This document shows, one piece after another, positions 39,997 through 49,664 of a DNA stretch of 64,000 bases. The stretch comes from a virus (lineage: Duplodnaviria; Caudoviricetes). Each line of letters begins with the position of its first letter. The first letter of the stretch is position 1. The stretch covers positions 5,544 through 69,543 of the IMG/VR virus record IMGVR_UViG_3300014205_000019. The stretch is one strand, 5' to 3'. The notes under the pieces were generated by a model. The model was not told the origin of the DNA and made no database searches. It worked only from the letters and a program-made list of their open reading frames with translations. Made by a program: the position numbers and the translations under genes.

Positions 39997-40835
39997 TGAG
40001 TAGACACCATTCACTCAAAGATTTGCGAACCGAGATTTCCATTGAACTTCGTAATGAGTCAGGCTCCAACGAGCGGTACACCGACTCTGAGTTGAATGTT
40101 GCCATTCGTCGTGCCACGGCCATACTAAGCGAATACTTTTGGTTTACTGAAACAGATTCGTCCAAGACCTTTACAATTAATACCTTCGATTATGTTTATG
40201 ACTATCCAGTTAAGGACATTGAGAAGGTAGGCATTATCTCAGCGTCAGCCCCCGTCAAGTTCTGTGAGAAGTGGTACGAATCCGTAGAGGGTACGTTAAC
40301 TTTTCTTGGTAACGAGGACAGCGGGGCTACCATTCGTGTGTGGTACAAGCGACACCCGGTACCGTTCCCTAACGACCTCGCAACGTCCGGCTCACACACA
40401 GCCGACACAACCTCTATCTTAGTAGCATCTTCCACCAGTCTAGTTGATTGGCCGGACACGGGCTATTGTAAGATTGGTAACGAGGTGCTGCGCTACACGG
40501 CGCTTAATCGTTCGACCAACACATTTACAGTAGTAAGGGCACAACTCAGTTCAGCGGCGGACACTATTACCACGGGCACGGCTGTCTCCTTTGTTAACAG
40601 AGTGGACAAGGACGTGTTCTTTGAGGGCGTGAAAGACCTAGCCATCGCTTACCTAAGCCGTATGAGAATCGTTGATGCACCATCGGCTGACGTTGACGGT
40701 CACGTTACAATCATGCGTGAGATTCTAGAAGCACAGGGGCGATGGGTTCGCCAACACAGGATGCGCTCACAGCGACAGGTATTCTCTGCGCCAAACGTTT
40801 CACAGGGACTTCGCTCTAGGAGCCGAGGTAGATAA
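39996..40835 (+). CDS. Probable head-tail adaptor (tail tubular A-like)
   Basis: Helical N- and C-termini typical of adaptors; directly before a large beta-rich gene. Confidence 0.55.
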   Translation: MSRHHSLKDLRTEISIELRNESGSNERYTDSELNVAIRRATAILSEYFWFTETDSSKTFTINTFDYVYDYPVKDIEKVGIISASAPVKFCEKWYESVEGTLTFLGNEDSGATIRVWYKRHPVPFPNDLATSGSHTADTTSILVASSTSLVDWPDTGYCKIGNEVLRYTALNRSTNTFTVVRAQLSSAADTITTGTAVSFVNRVDKDVFFEGVKDLAIAYLSRMRIVDAPSADVDGHVTIMREILEAQGRWVRQHRMRSQRQVFSAPNVSQGLRSRSRGR

Positions 40836-43402
40836 TGGCTAAGTATGGTGGCTTTAAGTATGGTGCAAAGAAGTACGGCCCCGACACGTTAGTAGCGGCA
40901 GGCATAACTCACCATGTCGTTCTAGATAACTATGGCCTCATGCTTGCTTCGATTATTACCAAGAGCGATATCACACAGTCTACACCACGAGTATCTATTG
41001 GCACCAACGAGCGCCGACATACAGACTTCTCCGAACGTGACACATGGGGCCAGCAGTCTTATCACCACGGCTACGGTGCTGATGTAGTAACCGACCCCTA
41101 CACCTTCAAGGACAGTAGCGGCGTTGTTACTTGGATTCCTAATCAGTTAACGCTCATGCCAGACAACATTAACTGCGCTAAGACCACTGGCGGCTCCACC
41201 GACTTAGATGGTCACGCCGTTTCTATACTGGCCTTCGAAGGCAATCTATACATTCTAGTGTATGGTACAGCAGCAGCGGCAAACGCGCTTTACTTGTACG
41301 ACAATACAACAGACACTCTAACACTTGTTACCAGTGGTATCAGCACGACTACTGGTTCGCCCGCACAACTATTCCCATATGATGGAAGTATGTTTGTAGC
41401 ACAGGGCGAGGCCGATAATGGACGCCGCTTCACTGGTTCTGTATGGAGCGACAACGGCGTACCGGCTAAGTTCTATGAGGCCTACGACGGTGCCCTATGG
41501 CGCGCTGATAACATCTTTGAACTCTACTATTCAGTAGACCCTACCAACGACAGCACGGCTACTTGGCAAGGCCCACTTGAAGTGGGTGACTCGTCATATC
41601 CAATTCGCGGCATGGTGGGTGGCTTCGACGGTGCCCTATGGGTTGGTAAGGACGACGGCATCTACTCGGTGCGAAAGGTTAACGATGTCAACTATCAGGT
41701 TACTAAAGTTATTGACCTCATTAACGTAGTCTCAGATAAGAACGGCGAGGCCATGATTGTTTATGGCGCCAACCTTTACTTCTCTGCGGGCTACACCATT
41801 GGACGCTACGACGGCTCGACCATTCAGTTCATGGGGCCAGACCGTGGTAATCACGAGTGGCAGATGGCCGACTTCAACGTAGCCAACCTACCTGCAACTT
41901 TCCAGAGTGGCGTTGCTGGTAATGTTACATCGTTTGCCCACGACAACACCTTCCTCTACTGTACAGTAGATAATGAGGGCGTTGCCTCGTCGCGCGTAAT
42001 GCTTTGGACTGGTACTGGTTGGCACACTGTATATCGCACAACCTCCACGTCACGGGTTAAGAAAGTGTTCTTCACTAAGCAGTTCGCGGCTTCGGGTACG
42101 CTATCCTATCCTCACCTATGGTGGACAGATTCTAGTGGCGAAGTTCTTAAGCGCCAGAAGAAGTCACGCTTCTCTCACAACCCGCTCGATGAAACGCTCA
42201 ACTACGTGTCCAGCGGTTGGATTATCACACCGTGGTTCGACGCCAACCTCATTGATATTGACAAGACCTTCTTTGATTTCATTATGAATGTGACACAACT
42301 CAGTGTCGGCGGCAACAGTCTGACCGTCGAGTTCCAAGTTAACGACTACGATGTCTGGTACACGCTTGGCACTGTATACAAGAGTCCTGAGTCTGTACTA
42401 TTCTTCCCCGATAATGGACAACTTGACCCGGCTATCTTCGCACGCAAGATACGTTACCGCATTACCCTGACGCGCTCTAGTGGAACAACAACGACAACAC
42501 CGATACTAAAGAGTTACGGCCACCGCTTTGTTGTACGCCCTGAATCGCGCTATGGTTGGAACCTTATCGTTAAGTGCTATGATGAGTTCGACGACTTGCG
42601 CCGCTATCGTCACGATGGTGAGTCACAGGAGATTCGTCGCTTCCTCTATGGTCTACGCGACAAGCGCACACCTATTCAACTCTTTGATGGAACTGAGTTG
42701 CCATCCTTGACGAATCTTGTAACCAATCCATCTGTTGAAATAGATACCAACAGTGACGGGGCTGCCGACGGTATAACTGCCGTTGGTACTGCCACCTTCG
42801 CAATGACAGCGCAACACAAGACCTCGGGCACACTGAGCCAGAAGGTTACAGTGGGGGCGGGTACTGGTACATGGGGAGCAAAGGTAGGCACGACCTATCG
42901 CGCACTAGCAGGCCACGGTGTCTACGCCGCTGCTGATGTATTCGTTGAGAGTGGAAACTACGTAGACATTGAGGTTCTCAACTCTGCTGGAACGGTTGTA
43001 GCAAGCCACACTATTCGTGTATCAGGAATTGAAAGCACCGAATCTATTAGATTCACGAGACACTCTGTTTACTTTGTAGCCGATGCCACCGATGATTACA
43101 CCTTTAGATTCGTGAGAAGAGAAAGTTCGGGTGTTCTTGCTACCGTGTTCTACCTCGACGCACTAGAGTTTATAACAGCAAGTGTGACAGATATGGGCGG
43201 CCAGCCTAACGGTGACTATATCGACGGCGACCAGTTGCGCTGTCGTTGGAATGGTACACCGCACGCCTCAACGTCCGTTCGACAGAAGGGTTACTTCGTT
43301 TACATTACTACGTTCACAGAGTCATTCAGGTTCCGTGAGAGTAAGAGCGAAACCACCGCCATTGAATCACAGTTTGCACTAAGTCTGAGAGAGGCACAGT
43401 AA
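40835..43402 (+). CDS. Probable tail nozzle (tail tubular B-like) with C-terminal carbohydrate-binding-like module
   Basis: 855 aa with propeller-like repeats (GALWRA/GALWVG); NLVTNPSVE module. Confidence 0.55.
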   Translation: MAKYGGFKYGAKKYGPDTLVAAGITHHVVLDNYGLMLASIITKSDITQSTPRVSIGTNERRHTDFSERDTWGQQSYHHGYGADVVTDPYTFKDSSGVVTWIPNQLTLMPDNINCAKTTGGSTDLDGHAVSILAFEGNLYILVYGTAAAANALYLYDNTTDTLTLVTSGISTTTGSPAQLFPYDGSMFVAQGEADNGRRFTGSVWSDNGVPAKFYEAYDGALWRADNIFELYYSVDPTNDSTATWQGPLEVGDSSYPIRGMVGGFDGALWVGKDDGIYSVRKVNDVNYQVTKVIDLINVVSDKNGEAMIVYGANLYFSAGYTIGRYDGSTIQFMGPDRGNHEWQMADFNVANLPATFQSGVAGNVTSFAHDNTFLYCTVDNEGVASSRVMLWTGTGWHTVYRTTSTSRVKKVFFTKQFAASGTLSYPHLWWTDSSGEVLKRQKKSRFSHNPLDETLNYVSSGWIITPWFDANLIDIDKTFFDFIMNVTQLSVGGNSLTVEFQVNDYDVWYTLGTVYKSPESVLFFPDNGQLDPAIFARKIRYRITLTRSSGTTTTTPILKSYGHRFVVRPESRYGWNLIVKCYDEFDDLRRYRHDGESQEIRRFLYGLRDKRTPIQLFDGTELPSLTNLVTNPSVEIDTNSDGAADGITAVGTATFAMTAQHKTSGTLSQKVTVGAGTGTWGAKVGTTYRALAGHGVYAAADVFVESGNYVDIEVLNSAGTVVASHTIRVSGIESTESIRFTRHSVYFVADATDDYTFRFVRRESSGVLATVFYLDALEFITASVTDMGGQPNGDYIDGDQLRCRWNGTPHASTSVRQKGYFVYITTFTESFRFRESKSETTAIESQFALSLREAQ

Positions 43403-43908
43403 TGAAGAACATTAGGAAGATGCGCCGTATAGCCCGCCTTCCTAAGCGTCCTCGTAAGATGATACGGCGAGAAGATGCCCCTATTTCCCGTAATAGAAAG
43501 AAGGAAAGCATAGCGTGGGGCGACGACGAACTAGAACAGCGGGCTATACCTAAAAGCCGATACCCCGGCGCAACGCTGCCAGAGCGTATCGTATATAAGA
43601 AACTCACTGAACTTATAGGTGAGGACAAGTTTATATTTCAGAGAGCCGAGGGTGGAGGTCGCGCAGTAATTGGAGGATTCGTGCTGGACTTTGTTATCCT
43701 TGTACGTGACCCGCCAATCCTTCTCGAAGTTGCAGGTACCTATTGGCATCAGGCCAAAGACCAGTATCGAGACTTGGAGCGCGCTCTTGTTATGCAGGGA
43801 CTGGGATATGAGTATTACGAACTGGGCGAACAGGACATATACATTTCTGATATGCACCTAGAGACAATTCTCCGGTCGATATTGGACAGGTACATGATAG
43901 GAGTATAA
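43402..43908 (+). CDS. DUF559/Vsr-like PD-(D/E)XK endonuclease
   Basis: ERIVYKKL...GFVLDFVI...LLEVAGTYWH...RD. Confidence 0.7.
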   Translation: MKNIRKMRRIARLPKRPRKMIRREDAPISRNRKKESIAWGDDELEQRAIPKSRYPGATLPERIVYKKLTELIGEDKFIFQRAEGGGRAVIGGFVLDFVILVRDPPILLEVAGTYWHQAKDQYRDLERALVMQGLGYEYYELGEQDIYISDMHLETILRSILDRYMIGV

Positions 43909-44559
43909 ATGGAACTATGGTATCCGGGCGCACGTAAGTGGCTAGGCCCATCAAACAAGAAACGATACGGCACCAACGGTGTTAAGGGAATCGTTAATCA
44001 TTCTGCTGTCGGCTACTCGGCTGGCCTCCACCACGAACTAGTAAGAGCCGATAGAGGGGCCGCTTGGCACTTCTCCGTAATGCAGGATGGTACTGTAGAA
44101 CAGCACTATCCTCTCAACTCTGTATTGTGGCACGCCGCTGACGCCTTTGGTAATATGAATTACATTGGCATCGAGCACGAGGGCGGCTTTAATCCAGCCA
44201 ACGAGCCACTAACAGTTAAGCAGCGCGAAGCCTCAGTCAAGTTGTGTCAGTGGATAGCAAAGCAGGCTGGCTTCTCGCTCTCTAGAGTCGATAAGAAAAC
44301 CCTATGGGAGCATAACGAGATAGCAGATAAGGCCACTCAGTGTCCATCTGGCCGCATCCCGTGGCAGTATTACGTCGATGAAGTAACTACTAAGGTGCCG
44401 CGACTACCCACTATAGAAGAGTTTGGGGATGTGGTAGCCTCCATATACTACTATTCACACTTGAATACGCCTATGAAGGCTACCCTCATACCAATTTCAA
44501 TAGAGGGTAGGGTAACTCGGTATGAACTTGTCATTACTGGTGGTGATTTCTCTACGTAG
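43909..44559 (+). CDS. Endolysin, N-acetylmuramoyl-L-alanine amidase (Amidase_2)
   Basis: IVNHSA, WHFSV..DG.VEQ, WHA, IGIEHEG, HNE...TQCP. Confidence 0.88.
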   Translation: MELWYPGARKWLGPSNKKRYGTNGVKGIVNHSAVGYSAGLHHELVRADRGAAWHFSVMQDGTVEQHYPLNSVLWHAADAFGNMNYIGIEHEGGFNPANEPLTVKQREASVKLCQWIAKQAGFSLSRVDKKTLWEHNEIADKATQCPSGRIPWQYYVDEVTTKVPRLPTIEEFGDVVASIYYYSHLNTPMKATLIPISIEGRVTRYELVITGGDFST

Positions 44560-44562
44560 GTC

Positions 44563-44591
44563 TTGACATTATTCGCCGCTTGTGGTATACT
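44563..44591 (+). promoter_or_regulatory. Sigma70 promoter, probably giving a leaderless mRNA
   Basis: TTGACA-N17-TATACT with TG; ATG at 44598. Confidence 0.78.
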
Positions 44592-44597
44592 TGTATC

Positions 44598-45563
44598 ATG
44601 ATGTACCGAAAGTGGACGAGGGAAGAAGATATCCAGTTGATGAAAACGTCAACGGATTCTGAGATGTTGTCGCTGTTCCCCGGCGTTAAGATAGCAACAC
44701 TCCATCGACGTAAGCGAATGTTGAAGGCCGCACCCACTATGAGTGAGGGCATTTCGCTCGGGCTTAGTGGACTAGAGCGTGTCTCCTTTGACACGAGGAA
44801 CTTCCGGGCTGTGGTAGTAGGCGACTTTCAATCACCGTTCCACAACAAGGAAGCACTTAAGGCGTTCAACTTCTTCTTGAAGGATGAGGCCGAGAACCTT
44901 GAAGCAATCATCAACATTGGTGACCACTTCGACAACTACTCGATTTCTCGATACAGTAAGGACAAGCGGCGCGGTTCACTGGAAGAATGGAAGAAGGAAA
45001 AGGCTATTGGTCTTTCAATCTTTGAGGACTGGCGCAAGTTTTACTCGAAGGACATTTTGTTGCTTTATGGTAATCACGAGGACAGGTGGAACCAGTACGT
45101 AGATAACATGGGCGACCCGATGATTCGGGAGGCCGCAGGTGAGTCACTAGTATTCGAGAAAGTATACGGTCTAGACAAATTAGATATCATTACATTTCCT
45201 TACATGGTGCCAGTAACATTGGGCGACGTAACTATTACACACGGTACACGCAGTAACAGCACTTCGCCCGGCGCTACGGCCCTAAAGGAAATTCGTACTA
45301 GGTTTGGTACAAGCGTAATCGTCGGTCACTGTCACAGTGGCGCCCTAGTTACTCAGCGTTATATACACGGTACTGCCGTTGGTGTAGAGAACTTCACGAT
45401 GGCCGACCTCGACGGACTAGGTTATGCGATGTTCCCTAACTGGATGAATGGCTTCTCCTACCTACGTGTGGAGAATGGCCGCAGTTATATCACACCCGTA
45501 CCTATGACAAACAACACGTTCATGTTCAATGGTAAGATATACACCCCGAAGGGCGTTATCTAG
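44598..45563 (+). CDS. Calcineurin-like metallophosphoesterase with N-terminal HTH-like segment
   Basis: GDFQSPFH, GDHFD, GNHEDR, ITHG, GHCH. Confidence 0.85.
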   Translation: MMYRKWTREEDIQLMKTSTDSEMLSLFPGVKIATLHRRKRMLKAAPTMSEGISLGLSGLERVSFDTRNFRAVVVGDFQSPFHNKEALKAFNFFLKDEAENLEAIINIGDHFDNYSISRYSKDKRRGSLEEWKKEKAIGLSIFEDWRKFYSKDILLLYGNHEDRWNQYVDNMGDPMIREAAGESLVFEKVYGLDKLDIITFPYMVPVTLGDVTITHGTRSNSTSPGATALKEIRTRFGTSVIVGHCHSGALVTQRYIHGTAVGVENFTMADLDGLGYAMFPNWMNGFSYLRVENGRSYITPVPMTNNTFMFNGKIYTPKGVI

Positions 45564-45571
45564 GAGGGAGA

Positions 45572-45799
45572 ATGCACATGATTGATTGGTTCTTTGACCG
45601 TCTAATAGGCACCGACTGGCCGGACGTGTTTGTGAGAGCATCTAAGACGTTCCTACAAACAGCGATACCGCTAGTGATTGCCGCACTTGGTGGCTATATA
45701 CCATTCGGCTTGGCAATCATAGCCAGCGCCGCAGCCGCAGGACTGTCTGTAATACAGAATGCCCTGAGCCGCGACCCGGCCACACACATCATCGTCTAG
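45572..45799 (+). CDS. Probable holin
   Basis: RASKTFLQTA plus two hydrophobic helices; near the amidase. Confidence 0.65.
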   Translation: MHMIDWFFDRLIGTDWPDVFVRASKTFLQTAIPLVIAALGGYIPFGLAIIASAAAAGLSVIQNALSRDPATHIIV

Positions 45800-46153
45800 T
45801 TAAAGAGAGGGGGCTTCGGCTCCCTCTTCTTTTTGTACCGAGAGGTAATACTCAATCAGGGCGTGGGCCGTAATAAAGATGCTAAGGGTCTTACCGAAAT
45901 CAAGACCATGGAAGATAGGCTTCGCCTCGGGATTATCCGCAACAATAATACGAATGGCCTCTGCGCTCGCCATCATTGCTTGTACCTTATCCATAGTGGT
46001 AATGGCACGAGCAATGCTTGGAACATTCTTAGCGATGAGAAGAGACAACTGTGCCGTATAGTCCTTCTTGTCGGCGTCTTTGGTCATGTCAGTAATGAGG
46101 TCACTGATCGTATCAATGCCATTAATCAACTTCTCACTGTACTCGCTAGTCAT
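45800..46153 (-). CDS. Hypothetical protein
   Basis: 117-aa ORF in operon. Confidence 0.6.
   Translation of the reverse strand: MTSEYSEKLINGIDTISDLITDMTKDADKKDYTAQLSLLIAKNVPSIARAITTMDKVQAMMASAEAIRIIVADNPEAKPIFHGLDFGKTLSIFITAHALIEYYLSVQKEEGAEAPSL
45804..45835. terminator. Terminator at the convergence of the virion and replication arms
   Basis: AGAGAGGGGGC-TTCG-GCTCCCTCTT then CTTTTT. Confidence 0.75.
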
Positions 46154-46730
46154 AAATTAACTCCTTAAACTTATTCAGGTGGCCCTGAGTGATTGGCTTC
46201 TCTGCCCCGTTGCGAAGTAGATAGGCTGGATGATATAGGGGCATGATGAACACCGGGTCTGTTTCGTTCCAGTAGGCTTTACGTACTGCACCCTGAATTC
46301 GTCCCATAGTCATGCCATCCATAGGAATAAACTTAGATGTACTAAACTTGCCTAAGGTAATAATACCCTTAGGCTTAATTAGGTTTAACTGGACGTTGAG
46401 CCACTCATCACAGGCATCAAGCGCAAACTGTGGCGGGTTGGGATTACCCTCACCCGGCCAACACTTAATCATATTAGTTACGTAGGTGTCGGCCCGTGAA
46501 ATGCCAGCAGTAGATAGCATCTCATTAAGCAGGGTGCCCGACCGTCCATAGAAAGGCCGACCACTTGAGTTCTCTTGAGCGCCCGGTGCCTCGCCAATAA
46601 TCATAATGTCTGCGTTAACTGGCCCCTCACCCGGTACGGCAAAGGCCCGATTCATGTACAGACTACAATCGGTGCAGAGGCCGATACGCTGATGAAGGAC
46701 AGTTAAGTCGAAGGCGGGGTCATTCGCCAT
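46146..46730 (-). CDS. Uracil-DNA glycosylase, family 4
   Basis: CTDCSL, GEGPVNADIMIIGEAPG, GRPFYG, TNMIKC, YHPAYLLR. Confidence 0.93.
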   Translation of the reverse strand: MANDPAFDLTVLHQRIGLCTDCSLYMNRAFAVPGEGPVNADIMIIGEAPGAQENSSGRPFYGRSGTLLNEMLSTAGISRADTYVTNMIKCWPGEGNPNPPQFALDACDEWLNVQLNLIKPKGIITLGKFSTSKFIPMDGMTMGRIQGAVRKAYWNETDPVFIMPLYHPAYLLRNGAEKPITQGHLNKFKELIYD

Positions 46731-47314
46731 TTGTTAATCCTCTCGTAACAACTCTGTACCTGCTTGGCCTGCTTAAAGGCGTCGAAGAGAGCATTGTGGT
46801 TCAGTCCGCTATAAGTCTCGGGCAGCGCCTCATCGGGATAGGCAATCGAGAACAGGGTGCGGGTGTCGCGGATAGCCTTATAGCGCCACGGGGTGCGGTC
46901 ATACACCGCAATAAATCCACGGGCTAGGATAGGGAAGTCAAAGGTAGTGCCGTGTGCCCAGATGCCGTTGTAATCTTCCATGTCAATCCACTTCCACAGG
47001 TCACCAAGTGCCTCTCTAATCGGCACCCTTGCCTCCAACAGTTCCAGCCGCACATCATCGGCCTGCTGTAGCCAGAAGTCCACGCTGCCCTGAGTAACTT
47101 CAGTAAGACCGGCGGCCATGTTGGATTTAAGAGTGACCCGCCTATAAAAAGCATCGGGGTCTAGTTTCTTAGCGACCTTGATGTCCGGCTTAAATAGCGG
47201 TGGGACATCAGTAAGGCTAAATCGTACGGCCCCAATAGAAAGAATGGGAGCGCCGACTTCCGTGCCTAGAGTCTCAATGTCCAGCATGATTTGGTTCTTC
47301 GTCGGCGCTTCCAA
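46703..47314 (-). CDS. DEDDh 3'-5' exoribonuclease-like protein (RNase AS/DUF5051 type)
   Basis: MLDIETLG...ILSIGAV, WAHGTTFDFPIL, RDTRTL, HNALFDA; TTG start 47314 inferred. Confidence 0.82.
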   Translation of the reverse strand: MEAPTKNQIMLDIETLGTEVGAPILSIGAVRFSLTDVPPLFKPDIKVAKKLDPDAFYRRVTLKSNMAAGLTEVTQGSVDFWLQQADDVRLELLEARVPIREALGDLWKWIDMEDYNGIWAHGTTFDFPILARGFIAVYDRTPWRYKAIRDTRTLFSIAYPDEALPETYSGLNHNALFDAFKQAKQVQSCYERINKWRMTPPST

Positions 47315-47315
47315 T

Positions 47316-47555
47316 CTAGTCCAGCCACTCGAAGGTGGACGAACCCGACGTAGTAACCTTGCCCTCGCCCATAATCTCGGGAGCGACTTCACGGGCTTCG
47401 TCCATCGTCTCCCTAAGAACGGTTTCAATCTCGGTGGCCAGCACCTGCATGTTCGAGCGCAGGTTTTCTTCGACCTCTTCACGGGACAACTCGCCAATGT
47501 CCAGCAGTTCGTGCTCAGTCTCAAACAGGAACGCACTCTTCACAATAACCTTCAT
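47316..47555 (-). CDS. Acidic small protein, paralogue 1
   Basis: KVIV...IGE...EEVE...EGKVTTSGS. Confidence 0.6.
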   Translation of the reverse strand: MKVIVKSAFLFETEHELLDIGELSREEVEENLRSNMQVLATEIETVLRETMDEAREVAPEIMGEGKVTTSGSSTFEWLD

Positions 47556-47796
47556 TAATAGATACCCTTCTCTAATCTACTTGTTAATTAATCCAACTTA
47601 GACCCGCTCGACGACCACCGAACCAGAAATAGTTACACCCTCTTCATTGCCGTAGTTCATTGACAGAGAACGCATAAACCCTTCAAGGGCTTCCTGCTCA
47701 ACCTCTTCGATAGACTTATCTGTCTCACCAATCTCTTCGGCTTCAATGAGTCCGGCCACCATAACCTTAAGCATCATTAATAGATACCCTTCTCTA
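47552..47796. repeat. 23-bp exact direct repeat pair
   Basis: tcattaatagatacccttctcta at 47552-47574 and 47774-47796. Confidence 0.9.
47598..47777 (-). CDS. Acidic small protein, paralogue 2 (59 aa)
   Basis: Hand-translated MMLKVMV...IGE...EEVE...EGVTISGS. Confidence 0.6.
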   Translation of the reverse strand: MMLKVMVAGLIEAEEIGETDKSIEEVEQEALEGFMRSLSMNYGNEEGVTISGSVVVERV

Positions 47797-48214
47797 GCGC
47801 CAGCCCATGTGTATCATCGGCTCTGGCTCGCATGTAAATCTTGTTCCGCTGCTCGTATGAGTTTACCATTTCGATAAACTGTTCGGGCGTAACGAGCCTG
47901 CCCTGAACCTTAAGTTCCTGATCGTCGATGCAAATATCACCGCTAGAGGGAACATGAATGTCCTTAGCCATGACAGCATCGGCTGGCAGTTCAAACTTCT
48001 CAGCCCATCGGCGGGCATAGGTCATGCCGCCGCCACTCCATACGGTTAGGCCAGTGGTGGGATACATTTCAAGAAACTTGGTGATGGCCTTCATCAGTTC
48101 AGTATTCGGCTTATAATGTTCAGCCCCTTCCCACGGATGGGTAAGTAGCGTACCATCCTCGGCCACGTCTGTCCATAGTACAAGGGTCATATCACAATCT
48201 ACGTACAGCCGCAT
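47777..48214 (-). CDS. HAD-superfamily phosphatase-like protein
   Basis: YVDCDMTL, VWSGGG, CIDDQ. Confidence 0.75.
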   Translation of the reverse strand: MRLYVDCDMTLVLWTDVAEDGTLLTHPWEGAEHYKPNTELMKAITKFLEMYPTTGLTVWSGGGMTYARRWAEKFELPADAVMAKDIHVPSSGDICIDDQELKVQGRLVTPEQFIEMVNSYEQRNKIYMRARADDTHGLALEKGIY

Positions 48215-48507
48215 AGGTGTCCATCCTTATCGAAGTAACCAACAAACTCCGAACCATCTGGTTCTTCGTACGTTACCCTATAGTGTGAGTGGCCTCCTGA
48301 CCACCTCTTACTTCGTCCGTAGTGTACTATAACAGAATAGTCAGGAAGTGTTTTATTATATTTATCCCTTATCTTATATTCAGGTACACAGTTAGCGCAA
48401 TCTGAAAGGGCCGGGTCGTCCACAAGTACCGTACTGTAGTAAACTACCGTACCGCACTTTGGTACTCGCATATCATTCTTAGTTTTTGCTACATGGACTG
48501 ATGCCAT
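48199..48507 (-). CDS. Hypothetical protein
   Basis: 102-aa ORF with CxxC. Confidence 0.55.
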   Translation of the reverse strand: MASVHVAKTKNDMRVPKCGTVVYYSTVLVDDPALSDCANCVPEYKIRDKYNKTLPDYSVIVHYGRSKRWSGGHSHYRVTYEEPDGSEFVGYFDKDGHLCGCT

Positions 48508-48740
48508 TAGATGGGCGTCTCCACTCGCTGATAAGTCACGAGAACCTTAGTGCCCTGTTTGTCATAACCAATAGAAAACATCCTATCTACTGGTCGGTAG
48601 CGCCGTTGAAGTGCGGGCCGACACAGGTGACAGGTCACATAAGAAATGTCCGAAGTCAAGATAACTCCGGGGCGGTTCAAACTGCTATTACAGTTGGCGC
48701 CGGTTCTTCGGTAGTTAAGCAAATGAATCTTGTCACTCAT
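48507..48740 (-). CDS. Hypothetical protein
   Basis: 77-aa ORF with VTCHLC. Confidence 0.5.
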   Translation of the reverse strand: MSDKIHLLNYRRTGANCNSSLNRPGVILTSDISYVTCHLCRPALQRRYRPVDRMFSIGYDKQGTKVLVTYQRVETPI

Positions 48741-48842
48741 AGCACTTCCTCTTCATAATCACACTGGGTACAAACCAGCATGGGCCTAATTAAATTAAGG
48801 TCTACATTCTTATAAACTACTTTACGCAGTTCGTGATGGTGG

Positions 48843-49031
48843 TCAAGAATTCTTTTTGTTTGAAGGTTCACTAATGGCTTCCTCAAAATCTTCAAGTAAA
48901 TCCTCTAGGTCGTGAAACCATGCAGCATCAGTAATGTAGATGGCATGGTTGGTATCACACGTAATTGAATTGTTTGGACTCACAAGGTACTTAAGTTCGC
49001 CAACAAGTTCTTTGACTCTCTTCTTATTCAT
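48843..49031 (-). CDS. Hypothetical protein
   Basis: SD AAGGAG; 62 aa. Confidence 0.55.
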   Translation of the reverse strand: MNKKRVKELVGELKYLVSPNNSITCDTNHAIYITDAAWFHDLEDLLEDFEEAISEPSNKKNS

Positions 49032-49049
49032 TATAACTCCTTAGTCTGT

Positions 49050-49229
49050 TTACCAATCTACGTGAGATGCCAGCATCCGACTTGCTACAATCATAAAAAG
49101 ACCAACAACACCTATAACTTGTAATGGGTAGGCCATCAATAACATACCGCCAATAATTCCAAAGGCAGTTCCAATGAATAAGATGCCGATAATTATCAAG
49201 GTTACGGTAATTGGTTCGGAAGTGTCCAT
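49050..49229 (-). CDS. Small two-helix membrane protein (59 aa)
   Basis: Hand-translated MDTSEPITVTLIIIGILF...; SD GGAG. Confidence 0.6.
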   Translation of the reverse strand: MDTSEPITVTLIIIGILFIGTAFGIIGGMLLMAYPLQVIGVVGLFMIVASRMLASHVDW

Positions 49230-49439
49230 TTATAACTCCAATAACACATACTTCTGACCACACAAACGACAGCGGCCAAATGGTAATCCATCGGGGCCAT
49301 CTATCCATTCGACAGTGCCGAGGTATTCGTCTAGTTCGGTTGGACAATAAAGACAATACCAACCCTCAGGTGGCAAGACGATAATGCCAGCAGCATCACG
49401 TTCCTTGTTCAACTCTTTAGGGTCAGGTAACTCTCTCAT
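49230..49439 (-). CDS. Zn-finger protein
   Basis: WYCLYC...GRCRLCG; SD GGAGG. Confidence 0.65.
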   Translation of the reverse strand: MRELPDPKELNKERDAAGIIVLPPEGWYCLYCPTELDEYLGTVEWIDGPDGLPFGRCRLCGQKYVLLEL

Positions 49440-49494
49440 TGTCCTCCAAATGAAGAAGAGGAAGAGGAAGGTTACCCCTCCCCTCCCTCCCCTA

Positions 49495-49662
49495 TTAGAA
49501 TCCCTCGCTAATACGTACGGCCCAGTCCTTAAGAGACTCGCGTGGCCTGCGTGGATGCGTCTCGGCCTTCATAAGCAGCGCCGTGTGGTCGTGCTTTACT
49601 GTGGCGGCGCGCAGGATAAAACCGCCGATGCCGCCAACAATGGTACCAATCATAAATTCCAT
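49495..49662 (-). CDS. Small membrane-anchored protein (55 aa)
   Basis: Hand-translated MEFMIGTIVGGIGGFILRAA... Confidence 0.5.
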   Translation of the reverse strand: MEFMIGTIVGGIGGFILRAATVKHDHTALLMKAETHPRRPRESLKDWAVRISEGF

Positions 49663-49664
49663 CC

